Source: Clostridia bacterium (lineage in GTDB: Bacteria > Bacillota > Clostridia > UBA1212 > DUPL01). From it: 64,000 bases of DNA. Below the pieces are notes generated by a model, which was not told where the DNA came from, made no database searches, and saw nothing but the letters and a program-made list of their open reading frames with translations. Shown piece by piece: positions 10,978 through 21,094 of the stretch. The stretch lies in NCBI GenBank assembly GCA_050951325.1, contig JBMNIW010000001.1, positions 192,001-256,000 on the forward strand. The letters run 5' to 3'. The first letter of the stretch is position 1. Every line of letters starts with the position of its first letter. The translations under genes were made by a program, and so were the position numbers.

Positions 10978-12000
10978 TCATAATTCATCGTCATCAAAAT
11001 CATACTGCGGAGGAGCTTCACCCACCAACTTTATAACCTTGGGCTCATCCACCACTTTGTTCTCTTCCCTCAAAACCTTGCACTGGAAAACCCAGCTGGC
11101 GCCAAAGTCAAACAAATACTTGAACTTGTCGCCTTTTTCAAATTCAAAATGGTTGAGTATGTAGTCAGATGTGTGCCTTCTCTCATCTTCCAAAGAGTCT
11201 GCATAGAATGCCCCTTGTGAATCCCACTCCCTGTTTGTCATGAAAAAGGCATGGGCATGGTCATCATCAAATTCAAAAGCATCCAGAATGGCACTATGAA
11301 GTTCTTCCAATGTGCTGTTTCCGTTTATCTGAATATGTCTGTAGCATCCTGTACCCAACGATACACTAACAACATAGGAATTGTTCCTCAAAAGAGTCAT
11401 ACCGGGTTCAAACTCATCATCCAGATCAAAATCGAAATCGTCATCTTCATCAACGTATTCATCAAACTCGTCATAATCTTCAAAATCACTAATTCCGGCG
11501 ACATAATCTGCAAATTCATTCAGCATATCTTCATCAACTTCGCCTGTGTAATAATAGTTGATTAATTTCTCAAACAACTGGATATGTTTTTCATTAATGC
11601 CTGTTTCAGCTTCATTAATACCGTGTTCTTTAAAGTATTTTACAAAAAACTCAATCAATCTGAAACTGTTGCCTGCAGGACCGGAATCCATCTTTCCATG
11701 CATGAAGATTTCTTCCTTGCTGGCCTTGTGCAAATCCACATCTGCAAGGTATTCAATAACCTCTTCTGTAAATTTTTCATCTATAAGGAACATGTAGTTG
11801 ACAATCATGTCTTCAACTATCACCACACCCAAATCTCTTTCATACATGTCATAAACTGCCAGAATATCATTTTCAGTAACCTTGTAATTATTCTGTTTGT
11901 TTATTACTTCAACCAGTTCACTGATTTTAGTAGTAACATTAATTACACTAACACCTAGTATATAATCTATAATTTCCAGTGCTACCTCTCTTGTCATCAT
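10978..12000 (-). CDS. Protein with C-terminal pRiA4b ORF-3 / IS1096-passenger TnpR-like domain
   Basis: TLEELHSAILDAFEFDDDHAHAF ... FKYLFDFGASWVFQC ... GEAPPQY; acidic linker. Confidence 0.7.
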   Translation of the reverse strand: MMTREVALEIIDYILGVSVINVTTKISELVEVINKQNNYKVTENDILAVYDMYERDLGVVIVEDMIVNYMFLIDEKFTEEVIEYLADVDLHKASKEEIFMHGKMDSGPAGNSFRLIEFFVKYFKEHGINEAETGINEKHIQLFEKLINYYYTGEVDEDMLNEFADYVAGISDFEDYDEFDEYVDEDDDFDFDLDDEFEPGMTLLRNNSYVVSVSLGTGCYRHIQINGNSTLEELHSAILDAFEFDDDHAHAFFMTNREWDSQGAFYADSLEDERRHTSDYILNHFEFEKGDKFKYLFDFGASWVFQCKVLREENKVVDEPKVIKLVGEAPPQYDFDDDEL

Positions 12001-12093
12001 AAAGTCCCCTTATTCTTTTCCCTTCACTATATATTTTTAAAAAACTAAAGTCAAGACCAAAAAAACACAAAAATGCTTGCCTTGAATGCAAAG

Positions 12094-12774
12094 TTAAAGC
12101 TTGTCTATTTTCTCTTTTATCTGCTCCATCCTCTTATCCAACATTGCACTAACTCTGGAACACTCCAAAAGCTCCTCTGCAATTGTCTTTACTTCCTTCT
12201 TGTTTATATTATTCTTGTACCTTAGCTTGTGCTCAATACTTGCCCAAAAGTCCATGGCAATGGTTCTCAACTGAACTTCCACCTTCACCATTTTCTTTCC
12301 ACTGTGCAGATATATTGGTACTTCCACTATCAAATGCAAACTCCTGTAGCCGCTTGGCTTTGGATTTTTTATGTAGTCTCTTTTCTCAACCAGAACCACG
12401 TCATCCTGCATGAGCAACAAATCCGCCAGCATGTAGATATCCCTTGGGAAGGAGCAGATAACTCTGACTCCTGCCACATCATATATATTCTTCTCGATGG
12501 ATTCAATGGTCAGAGGAAAACCTCTTCTGCTGAGTTTTTCGGCTATGCTTTCCGGTGCCTTAAGGCGGCTTTTTATGGATTCAATAGGATTTGAATTGTA
12601 TTTCAATGAGAAATGTTCGTCAAGAACCCTGAATTTGGTTTCAACCTCCATCATGGCACACCTGTAGTATGCCATCAGCTCGTAAAAGGGCTTTATGTTT
12701 TCACTCACCAACTCAATTAACTCCTGGCTCGTTACTTCCTTAAGCAAATACTGTTTGAGATCCTGTTTTTGCAT
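12094..12774 (-). CDS. Small alarmone synthetase (GTP pyrophosphokinase, RelP/RelQ-like)
   Basis: IKSRLKAPESI, DVAGVRVIC, NPKPSGYRSLHL, VEVQLRTIAMDFWASIEHKLRYK. Confidence 0.9.
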   Translation of the reverse strand: MQKQDLKQYLLKEVTSQELIELVSENIKPFYELMAYYRCAMMEVETKFRVLDEHFSLKYNSNPIESIKSRLKAPESIAEKLSRRGFPLTIESIEKNIYDVAGVRVICSFPRDIYMLADLLLMQDDVVLVEKRDYIKNPKPSGYRSLHLIVEVPIYLHSGKKMVKVEVQLRTIAMDFWASIEHKLRYKNNINKKEVKTIAEELLECSRVSAMLDKRMEQIKEKIDKL

Positions 12775-12852
12775 TTTTCCAATCCTTCAAGTTTACTTGT
12801 TTCGCTAATAATAATATATACCAAAAACGAGGATTTGTCCATAAAAAATGAA

Positions 12853-13674
12853 TCAGCCGACCAAAAGGAAATATCCGACAACCAAAACACCCAAAGCTAT
12901 GCGGTAATATCCAAAAGCCTTGAAATCGTTCCTTTTAACGTATCCAAGCAAAAACTTTATCGCTATTATTGAAACAGCAAATGCAACAACCATGCCCGTT
13001 AGAAGAATTACTGCTTCCAGTTTGGTAAAACTGAAACCGAACTTTACAAGTTTAAGAAAACTTGCTCCAAACATAATAGGTATGGACAGGAAAAAGGAAA
13101 ACTCCGCAGCAATCTGTCTTGATGCTCCCAGTAGTATGGCGCCAAGAATGGTTACACCGGACCTCGAAGTGCCTGGAATTAGGGAGAGAATCTGAAAAAC
13201 ACCAATCAAAAAGACAGTCAGGTAATCAAGTTCGGAAATGGAATTAATTCTTGTTTTTCTGTTTTTGTTTCTGTTTTCAATAACTATGAAAAGAATGCCG
13301 TACAGTATTAGGGTTATGGCAACTGTAATATAGTTGTATAGGCGCTCATTAAGCCAGTCGTCAAACAAAAAACCCACAACTCCAGCTGGAATTACACCAA
13401 TTACAACCTTGTACCAGATGGACATGGTTGCTTTCTTTTCCTCAACGCTTTTACTCGGAGCCAAAGGATTAAGCTTGTTAAAGTACAAAAAAACCACAGC
13501 AAGAATTGCACCCAGCTGTACAACAACAAAGAACATCTCTTTAAACTCTTCCGATGTCTTAAGCTTTATAAACTCCTCCAGCAGGATCATATGTCCTGTA
13601 CTACTTATTGGGAGCCACTCTGTAATTCCCTCAACCAAACCCAGGATTATTGCCTTTAGTATTTCAATAAACAT
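12853..13674 (-). CDS. uppP: Undecaprenyl-diphosphate phosphatase
   Basis: [34 protein letters not shown]. Confidence 0.95.
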   Translation of the reverse strand: MFIEILKAIILGLVEGITEWLPISSTGHMILLEEFIKLKTSEEFKEMFFVVVQLGAILAVVFLYFNKLNPLAPSKSVEEKKATMSIWYKVVIGVIPAGVVGFLFDDWLNERLYNYITVAITLILYGILFIVIENRNKNRKTRINSISELDYLTVFLIGVFQILSLIPGTSRSGVTILGAILLGASRQIAAEFSFFLSIPIMFGASFLKLVKFGFSFTKLEAVILLTGMVVAFAVSIIAIKFLLGYVKRNDFKAFGYYRIALGVLVVGYFLLVG

Positions 13675-13725
13675 AAATCAGAACCCCCGTCCATATGTAT
13701 GTTTAATCTAAGAATTACATTTTAT

Positions 13726-13753
13726 CACACAATGTCTAGCTTTACCATAAAAT
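13726..13753 (+). promoter_or_regulatory. Possible mother-cell (sigma-K/E-like) sporulation promoter
   Basis: CACA-N16-CATAAAAT upstream of the spore-type gene. Confidence 0.35.
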
Positions 13754-13790
13754 ATATCGAAGCATCAAAAACAAAGAATCGAGGTTTGGT

Positions 13791-14258
13791 ATGGAAAACT
13801 ACGAAGATATCATGAGAAAAGGTAACATTAGCAGAAACATGGACAATTACCCTCAGGCATTAAAGGAAATCAACCCTGAAAACATGGGCAAGACAATGGC
13901 TTACAAGCTGATTTATCCCGAAATCTACTACAAACTCCAACCTTACATAATGGTTGTATGCGACCAAATGGACGTATACAACACAGTGCCCACACAGGAA
14001 ATGGTTGAAAGCATGACGGATGCAATCTATGATGATGTGGTTCGCATGTTCCCTGATATTGCCGAATATGTCAGGGAACACGAGAACAACGAGGTACGTG
14101 AAACAATACAACCAGACGCTATTACTGCACAAGTGGATCCTTTCAGAGGTAGAGACAGGGATAGAACAAGATTCCCAAGATTCAGACGAAGAGGACTTTT
14201 CAGAGACCTGATTGACATTCTATTTCTTACAGAACTGCTCCGTAGAAGAAGAAGGTAA
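13791..14258 (+). CDS. Putative spore-coat-associated protein
   Basis: YPEIYYKLQPYI ... FRDLIDILFLTELLRRRRR, an Arg-rich pattern typical of clostridial spore proteins; RBS GAGG. Confidence 0.55.
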   Translation: MENYEDIMRKGNISRNMDNYPQALKEINPENMGKTMAYKLIYPEIYYKLQPYIMVVCDQMDVYNTVPTQEMVESMTDAIYDDVVRMFPDIAEYVREHENNEVRETIQPDAITAQVDPFRGRDRDRTRFPRFRRRGLFRDLIDILFLTELLRRRRR

Positions 14259-14266
14259 CACTAGTC

Positions 14267-14294
14267 AAAGAGACCGACTTTCACCGGTCTCTTT
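14267..14294 (+). terminator. Intrinsic terminator
   Basis: AAAGAGACCG-loop-CGGTCTCTTT hairpin just after the stop codon. Confidence 0.7.
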
Positions 14295-14391
14295 AATATT
14301 GTTTTTCCACATGTATGATTCACAATATATTCACTGTCATTTGACACTTTTTTGAGTATAATATAAATATTAAGAAAAGCAAAAAAGAGGT

Positions 14392-15315
14392 ATGAAAATG
14401 TATGATGTGATAATTATCGGTGGAGGTCCTGCAGGCTATACGGCAGCATTATACAGTGCAAGAGCCAGACTGAAAACTCTGTTGGTTGAGAAAATGTTCT
14501 CAGGTGGCCAAATGGCAACCACAGATTTTATGGAAAACTACCCTGGTTTTGATGAACCTGTGGGTGGTGTTGAACTTGCCCTCAAAATGGAAAACCAGGC
14601 AAGGAAATTTGGTGCGGAAATCCTTTACGATGAAGTAATTAATGTAGATATGGATGGAAACGTAAAGAGTATAAAAACAACGTCAAATACATACGAATGC
14701 AAGGCATTAATCCTTTGTATGGGTGCTAGTCCAAAGACTCTTGGTCTTGACAAGGAAGATAAATTTCGAGGTCTTGGAGTCTCATACTGTTCAGTCTGCG
14801 ATGCAGCCTTTTATAAAGATAAAAAAGTTGCAGTTGTAGGCGGAGGCAACTCAGCAGCAGATGATGCTCTGTATCTAACCAAATACGCAGAGAAAGTATT
14901 CCTGATTCACAGACGGAACAATTTGAGATGTGTAAAGCTGGCACAGGAAGAACTATTCAAGAATGATAAAATTGAATTTGTTTTGAACTCCCAGGTTGTT
15001 GAGATTTTAGGAGAAAGAAAACTGGAAGGAATAAGGGTGAAGAATAATTCAACAAACGAAGCATCCACCCTTGACATAGATGGACTGTTTATTGCAATAG
15101 GTCTAGTTCCAAACAATGAACTTGTCAAGGGCAAACTGGAACTAAGCAAGGATGGATATATCATCACTGACAGTAACATGAAGACCAGTATGGAAGGAGT
15201 GTTTGCAGCAGGAGACATATGCGAAAAGCCCCTCCGCCAGGTAATAACAGCGGCATCAGATGGCGCAGTCGCCGCATACTCTGCAGAGAAGTACGTTAAC
15301 CAATACACTCTTTAA
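14392..15315 (+). CDS. trxB: Thioredoxin reductase
   Basis: GGGPAG, GVSYCSVCD (CxxC), GGGNSA, HRR, GVFAAGD. Confidence 0.93.
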   Translation: MKMYDVIIIGGGPAGYTAALYSARARLKTLLVEKMFSGGQMATTDFMENYPGFDEPVGGVELALKMENQARKFGAEILYDEVINVDMDGNVKSIKTTSNTYECKALILCMGASPKTLGLDKEDKFRGLGVSYCSVCDAAFYKDKKVAVVGGGNSAADDALYLTKYAEKVFLIHRRNNLRCVKLAQEELFKNDKIEFVLNSQVVEILGERKLEGIRVKNNSTNEASTLDIDGLFIAIGLVPNNELVKGKLELSKDGYIITDSNMKTSMEGVFAAGDICEKPLRQVITAASDGAVAAYSAEKYVNQYTL

Positions 15316-16255
15316 TAACTCTTGCCGCATTCCTATACGCAATCTTTTCAAGGGCGTCGTCACTCACGCCCATCTTTTTTAATCTATCAAACAGAATCTG
15401 CACTTTTGCAGGCTCATTCAATTCAATATTGCCACCAGTGCCGTCAAAATCCGTGCCGATACCAACACACTCAATACCGCCTTTGTTTATCATATGCACA
15501 ACATGCCTTACCACATCATCTATAAAACTTTCCCTGCACCTAATATCACTGCTCAAAAAATCAGGAACAATATTCACTCCAATAACTCCTCCTTTTGAAG
15601 CAAGTAACCTTATCATGTCGTCTGTAAGATTCCTTGGGTGAGGACTTAACTCTCTACAGTTTGAGTGGGATGCAACAAAGGGCTTTTTTGAAACTTCACA
15701 AACATCATAAAACCCACCATCGGATAAATGCGACACATCAACCAAGATGCCAATTTCATTCATAAAAGAAACAGCTTCTTTTCCAAAACTGGTCAAGCCT
15801 TTTTCCATAATGTTTTTATCAAAGGAATTTGGATAACCAAAACAGTTGGGACTGTTCCAAGTAAGGGTGATGAGCCTTACTCCCAAATCGTAATATTCCT
15901 TTATTTTATCAAAACTTCCATTGACGCTTCTTCCGTCTTCGATTGTAAGATAGGCAGATATTTTCTGTTTTCTATCATTCTCAACCAACGCCTCATATTT
16001 ATCAGCAAATGCAATTTTGTCCTCATACCTCTTTATATTGCACTTCAGCAGCTCCACAAGCATTAAAATATACTCATCATCATTAAAATCCTCATTTCTC
16101 TCATCAGGCATGTATATGGCAAAAAACTGCGCAATACAATCCGCCTTGTGAAGCCTTTCAATGTCCGCCATTGCAATAGGCCAATTACCTATATCTTCTA
16201 CCTTATGACTGTATGCCTTTGATAAAGTATCGCAGTGCAGGTCAATATATTTCAT
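15296..16255 (-). CDS. Membrane dipeptidase, peptidase M19 family
   Basis: DLHCD, IEDG, LTWN, DVSHLS, SHSN, GTDFDG. Confidence 0.9.
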   Translation of the reverse strand: MKYIDLHCDTLSKAYSHKVEDIGNWPIAMADIERLHKADCIAQFFAIYMPDERNEDFNDDEYILMLVELLKCNIKRYEDKIAFADKYEALVENDRKQKISAYLTIEDGRSVNGSFDKIKEYYDLGVRLITLTWNSPNCFGYPNSFDKNIMEKGLTSFGKEAVSFMNEIGILVDVSHLSDGGFYDVCEVSKKPFVASHSNCRELSPHPRNLTDDMIRLLASKGGVIGVNIVPDFLSSDIRCRESFIDDVVRHVVHMINKGGIECVGIGTDFDGTGGNIELNEPAKVQILFDRLKKMGVSDDALEKIAYRNAARVIKECIG

Positions 16256-17017
16256 TCACTTCACCTCTATAAGTTTTTCCAGAAAAAATCCATACTCTTC
16301 TTTTACAGGCAGCTCATAGTCCACAAAAAGCCTTCTCCTTTTGGTTCTTGCATAACTATTTGTCACAGGATTAAATCCGTCCACATATATATCTTTATAA
16401 TATACTCCAACCCCTCTTTTCTGCCAAAGAGGAAGGTTGTTAAAATTAATCCCTCTCTTGAACAACAATTCGTTCTTGCAAGATGTGGACTTTCCACAAA
16501 GAGCAAAAGTTGCTTCCTGCCTGCTCATACCCTCGTTTCTCAAAATCCAGTAGCAATGCGCATTCAATGAGTTCCTATGGGCATCTTCCTGCCTCCAGAG
16601 AAAATAGTCTATTACCCTGTCCAGATTTGGAAGAGGCACCACCCTGCAGTCAAATACAGCCAGATTGTTTAAGGCAAGAGACATCCAGGCACTGGCTTCC
16701 CCTGCCAGAATGGAATTTATCTTTCTTGTATTTCTTCCGAAAGTATTGTCATCCCGGTGGAATAGCAGGGATATCTCATCACTTTGTGTATAACCATACA
16801 CAATGTTAAATCCGCAATTCATCAAATGCCTGACTGTCTCTACCATGTACTCACGAAAATGAACATCAAAAGGTGCTTCAAACTTCATGTCTTCCTTGGT
16901 CAATCTGGTAAAACCTCTCCCGTCAAGCCTTGCAACAATATGCACATCAGGCACAATTGTCTGATCCAACGACTCCTCATACTTTCTCATCATATTATCA
17001 AAATCATCAAACCTCAT
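16256..17017 (-). CDS. Thg1-like protein (tRNA-His guanylyltransferase family, 3'-5' polymerase)
   Basis: RLDGRGF, YTQSDEISL, FDCR, YFLWRQEDAHRN, WQKRG. Confidence 0.9.
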   Translation of the reverse strand: MRFDDFDNMMRKYEESLDQTIVPDVHIVARLDGRGFTRLTKEDMKFEAPFDVHFREYMVETVRHLMNCGFNIVYGYTQSDEISLLFHRDDNTFGRNTRKINSILAGEASAWMSLALNNLAVFDCRVVPLPNLDRVIDYFLWRQEDAHRNSLNAHCYWILRNEGMSRQEATFALCGKSTSCKNELLFKRGINFNNLPLWQKRGVGVYYKDIYVDGFNPVTNSYARTKRRRLFVDYELPVKEEYGFFLEKLIEVK

Positions 17018-17450
17018 CTGTCCAGTCCTCCACTTTGAACCCAGTGTCTGTTATGTGTACATAGTAAAGCTCGTCAAAGCCTTCTTCAAAGCTTGGAATT
17101 TCAAGCTTCTTGTGAGTTGCAAACAGCGCTTTATCAGGTATGTTCTTTTCATTTCTTTTAGCGTTTCTCTTAAGGCATCCATTTATGTCGGACTTGAAAT
17201 AGTAGCCTATAACCTTGTAACCCTTCTCCTTTGCAAGACTAATATATCTTTGTCTGTTTTCTCTTGTTGGGTTTGTATTGTCCACAACGAAACTTAAGTT
17301 ATTCTCAAAGCAGTCTTCAAGAAGCAGCTTTTCTTTGTTCCTGGTTCTTAATGTGTCCAGGTTTACATGCACATACTCATCTGCAAAGTTTTCCTTAAAA
17401 AAGGTGGTTTTGCCACTGGCCTGCAGCCCTGTGAATATAATTGCTGTCAT
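17007..17450 (-). CDS. P-loop kinase, polynucleotide-kinase-like (AAA_33)
   Basis: GLQASGKTT, NLDTL, VVDNTNPTRENR, RNAKR, PSFEEGFD; overlaps the Thg1 start. Confidence 0.85.
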   Translation of the reverse strand: MTAIIFTGLQASGKTTFFKENFADEYVHVNLDTLRTRNKEKLLLEDCFENNLSFVVDNTNPTRENRQRYISLAKEKGYKVIGYYFKSDINGCLKRNAKRNEKNIPDKALFATHKKLEIPSFEEGFDELYYVHITDTGFKVEDWTDEV

Positions 17451-18466
17451 AACTTCACCAACTCGTAACTCAGAGAACCTAGACCTATCTTTTGTGCATG
17501 CTCAAGTACACACCTCCCCTTTTCAAACAACTCTATCCTCTTTTCCTTCTGAACCAAGTCAAGACATGCTGCATCCAATGCAACCGGATCCTTAGACAAA
17601 AGAACACCAATATCGCCCGCAATAGGCTCCATGGCTTTTCCTGCACAATCGCAGTCCTGGGTTACGTTAATTATAAACGAGATATAGATTATGTCCTTGT
17701 CCTTTGCAGCACCGTAAGCGTATTCTGCAAGCTTCTCTCTGAAATTGGATCCTCCCCAGGTATTCCTTATTGCTCCTTCTGGACAAACAGCAATACATCC
17801 TGCACACCCAATACAAATATCTTTGTCTATTACCGCAATTTCTTCACATTCGATTGCTCCAAAATCGCAGCTGTCAACACAGGTGCCGCAGGCTGTGCAT
17901 TTCGAGTCATTGACAACAGGAGATATGCCTGAGTGCTGTGCAAGCTTTCCACCCCTTGCCGCAAACCCCATGCCGAGCTGTTTGATGGCGCCTCCAAAAC
18001 CAGCCTCCACATGCCCTTTGAAATGACTCATAACTATAAACTGGTTGAATCTTCCGTACTCTTTTCCAATCTTGCACTTGTCAATATACTCTTTGTATAT
18101 CTCCACTTCCACATATTCCGTTCCGATTTCACCATCCGCAATAATTATCGGAATCTGTGTAAAACCATGCTCTTTAGCCGTCTTAATATGTTTTGTTCTT
18201 GTAGTTCTTGCACCTCTGTACAATACATTTGATTCAATATAGCTAGTTGTTACTCCCATATCCTTCAGATAACGTATAATTTCGTCATAACATACAGGCG
18301 GTACGAAAGTTTTGTTCCCCTTCTCTCCAAAATGCACCTTTATGGGTACTTCTTTATCGAACGTATGGTTTGTTTCCGATACAAGATGCTTCAATAGCCT
18401 TAATGCATCCCTTCCAAGACTTAGAAAATCACCGCTTCTGTTTTCAATAAAATATACCTTGCTCAA
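17447..18466 (-). CDS. DUF362 protein with 2x[4Fe-4S] ferredoxin domain
   Basis: KVHFGE, SHFKGH, GFGGAIKQLGMG, CTACGTCVDSC, CIGCAGCIAVCP, DPVALD. Confidence 0.85.
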   Translation of the reverse strand: MSKVYFIENRSGDFLSLGRDALRLLKHLVSETNHTFDKEVPIKVHFGEKGNKTFVPPVCYDEIIRYLKDMGVTTSYIESNVLYRGARTTRTKHIKTAKEHGFTQIPIIIADGEIGTEYVEVEIYKEYIDKCKIGKEYGRFNQFIVMSHFKGHVEAGFGGAIKQLGMGFAARGGKLAQHSGISPVVNDSKCTACGTCVDSCDFGAIECEEIAVIDKDICIGCAGCIAVCPEGAIRNTWGGSNFREKLAEYAYGAAKDKDIIYISFIINVTQDCDCAGKAMEPIAGDIGVLLSKDPVALDAACLDLVQKEKRIELFEKGRCVLEHAQKIGLGSLSYELVKL

Positions 18467-18600
18467 GTAAACTCCCCCCTTTTATTTCCATGCATAAACA
18501 AACTAGAAATGCAAATACTCTTATCAGAATACCTCAGGCATATCTGGTAATTGACATATATGGATGTTGGATGCCAAATACAGCTATGGGGTATTCTGCT

Positions 18601-19845
18601 TTATTCAAAACGAAAAGAAAAGACTTTCATTTCTCTTCCTTCAAACATAAGCCACAAGGCTTTGACTCCTTCTGCCGATGCAACAGCATCAGTTTCAAAC
18701 CATTCAAACTCTGGAGAATCAACATCCACCGCTGCAAGCAACAGGTTATCATTCGTCTTTACGAGAATCCTTCCCTTTCCTTTTGTTTTTATGCAAAAAC
18801 GTCTTACACCATCCTTGAAATCCAGATACTTGTACTCCGCCCAGTCCTGTATCCAATTTCCGCCACCGCAGTTCACAAGTATTTCCTTTGAATCAAAGTA
18901 TGGTGCAATATATATGTTGCCTTTTACCCTGCATGCAATGGATGCATCAATCTCTTTGAATGCATCAATGGGACCGCCGGCACCCATCGATGTCATTTCA
19001 ACCTCATTGATGGTTCCATCTTCATTGAAATATATTTTCTCAACACACATTCTTCTTGAAGTAAAGCTATTTTGCGAGGACCGATGATAGAAAATATACC
19101 ACTGTCCCTTGAATTCTTCAATAGAACCGTGGTTGTTCCAGGTTTGTGGGTCACAGTACATATTGTCAATAATCACGCCGCCCTTTTTGTACGGACCCAA
19201 AGGCTTGTCAGACATTGCATAAGAAAGACACGTAGCCTTCCCTCTTGATATATCCGTATAGACGATATAATATATTCCGTTTCTTTTGCGCATGCATGCC
19301 CCTTCATGGAATCCATGTTCCTGCTCTGTTAGAATCGCTGTCTGAAGACTGTCCATATCCAAAGTAGACATGTCATCATTCAACTTTGCTCCCCTTAAGT
19401 TGAACTGGCCCCATAAATAGTATGCCTGTCCGTCATCATCAACAAAAACTGCTGGGTCAATACTGTCTCCATCAGCACCTTTTACTGGTTTTGCGTCCCC
19501 AAAAGGCCCGTAGGGCTTGTCGGATACTGCAACAGCTTCAAAGTTGTCCTGCCCGCAAACATATAGATAATATTTTCCGTCCTTATGAATTGCATCGGGA
19601 GCGTACAAAGGAGTACCTTTGCTCCAATATATGCCAGGCTCTTCTTTGGTATTCTTGAATGATATACCGTGGTATGTCCAGTTTGTCAAAGTTTCGTCCT
19701 CCGTTGAGAAGACATGATACTCATGACCGCAGTATTCCTTTTTGCCGGATATGTCGGTGGAACCGTAGAGATACAACCTTCCATCCGGCATGACATGGGC
19801 TTCACCATCTGCAATAAAGAACGGTCTTGGCAATATGGGATTCAT
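18601..19845 (-). CDS. GH43 glycoside hydrolase with C-terminal CBM6-like domain
   Basis: ADGEAH, YAPD, IDPAVFVDDDG, FHEG, NNHGSI, YHRS. Confidence 0.85.
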   Translation of the reverse strand: MNPILPRPFFIADGEAHVMPDGRLYLYGSTDISGKKEYCGHEYHVFSTEDETLTNWTYHGISFKNTKEEPGIYWSKGTPLYAPDAIHKDGKYYLYVCGQDNFEAVAVSDKPYGPFGDAKPVKGADGDSIDPAVFVDDDGQAYYLWGQFNLRGAKLNDDMSTLDMDSLQTAILTEQEHGFHEGACMRKRNGIYYIVYTDISRGKATCLSYAMSDKPLGPYKKGGVIIDNMYCDPQTWNNHGSIEEFKGQWYIFYHRSSQNSFTSRRMCVEKIYFNEDGTINEVEMTSMGAGGPIDAFKEIDASIACRVKGNIYIAPYFDSKEILVNCGGGNWIQDWAEYKYLDFKDGVRRFCIKTKGKGRILVKTNDNLLLAAVDVDSPEFEWFETDAVASAEGVKALWLMFEGREMKVFSFRFE

Positions 19846-19878
19846 TTTAATTCCTCCAGTTTTTCATATTCGCCCCTA

Positions 19879-21045
19879 TTATACCAAATTGTTTACCACT
19901 TTGTTGAGCTTTTCCGTCATCAAAAGCATCAAAACTGCAAAAACAGCAAGATAAAAAGGATAAAATCCAATATTGACATAATCTGCGATAAGACCAAACA
20001 AAGGAGGCATGAATGTACTGCCCACGTATGCGCTAGCCATCTGTATTCCTATGATTGCCTGAGAATTTTCCTTTCCGAAGTTGGAAGGCGTTGAGTGTAT
20101 TATGGCAGGGTAAATAGGAGCACATCCAAGACCTGCAACAACAAGACCTACTAAAGAAAGCACACTGGAGAAAGGAAGAGCAATCATCAAAACCCCAAAC
20201 ATGCAAACAATTATCCCACTTCTAATCATAAGCCTGTCTCCAACCCTGTTGGATACAAACCCGCTTATAAACCTACCTATTGTAATTCCAAGAAAGAACA
20301 TGGACGCAAAGGTTGCAGCAGTCTCTGCATTCACATTTCTGCACTCAACAAGATAACTGCTGGCCCATAGTCCTGCTGTTGATTCAAGAGCGATGTAACT
20401 GAAGAAGCCTACCAGTATAAGTTTTACACCCTTTATCCCCACAGCTTCCTTAATGGTGATATGGCGGCCATTTGCTGCTTTGTCCTTCATTGCCTGACCG
20501 TTCTTTCTCCAAAGAGGAAAACTTGTAAACAGAAACGAGGCTATGACTATCTGTATGACAGATACAGTCAGATATCCTTTCGAGTATCCGAAACCTCTTG
20601 TAAGGCAGAAACCCATTATATATGGACTAATGGTTGCTCCCACACCCCAGAAACAATGCAGATGGTTCATATGTCTTGAGTTGTAGTAAAGAGCCACATA
20701 GTTGTTCAAGGCAGCGTCCACGGCACCCGCCCCAAGACCATATGGTATTGCAAAGATGCAGAGAAGTATGAATGATTTCGTTATGGAAAACCCAAAAAGT
20801 GCAACTGCCGTCATCAGGACACTGACAGAGGTTACAAAATAGGTTCCAAACCTTCTTGTGACTCTGTCAGACATAAGGCTTGACACAATAGTGCCGCCTG
20901 CAATAATCATTGTCACAATGCCTGCATATGACATGGGTACGTCAAGTTCATGATACATAACAGGCCATGCTGACCCAAGCAGTGAATCAGGCAGGCCAAG
21001 GCTAATAAAAGCAATGTATATTATAACCAACAATAGTGAAAACAT
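19879..21045 (-). CDS. MFS transporter
   Basis: About 12 hydrophobic segments; SLGLPDSLLGSAWP, GAVDAALNNYV. Confidence 0.85.
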   Translation of the reverse strand: MFSLLLVIIYIAFISLGLPDSLLGSAWPVMYHELDVPMSYAGIVTMIIAGGTIVSSLMSDRVTRRFGTYFVTSVSVLMTAVALFGFSITKSFILLCIFAIPYGLGAGAVDAALNNYVALYYNSRHMNHLHCFWGVGATISPYIMGFCLTRGFGYSKGYLTVSVIQIVIASFLFTSFPLWRKNGQAMKDKAANGRHITIKEAVGIKGVKLILVGFFSYIALESTAGLWASSYLVECRNVNAETAATFASMFFLGITIGRFISGFVSNRVGDRLMIRSGIIVCMFGVLMIALPFSSVLSLVGLVVAGLGCAPIYPAIIHSTPSNFGKENSQAIIGIQMASAYVGSTFMPPLFGLIADYVNIGFYPFYLAVFAVLMLLMTEKLNKVVNNLV

Positions 21046-21094
21046 AAGAACTCCTGATTAAAAATAATAACCTGTATATTCTACCATAAAAACA

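Noticed and set aside
14329-14370. CtsR box or exact sigma-A promoter before trxB
   Set aside because: TTGACA is present, but spacing to TATAAT is wrong and the heptad repeat is too degenerate to call.
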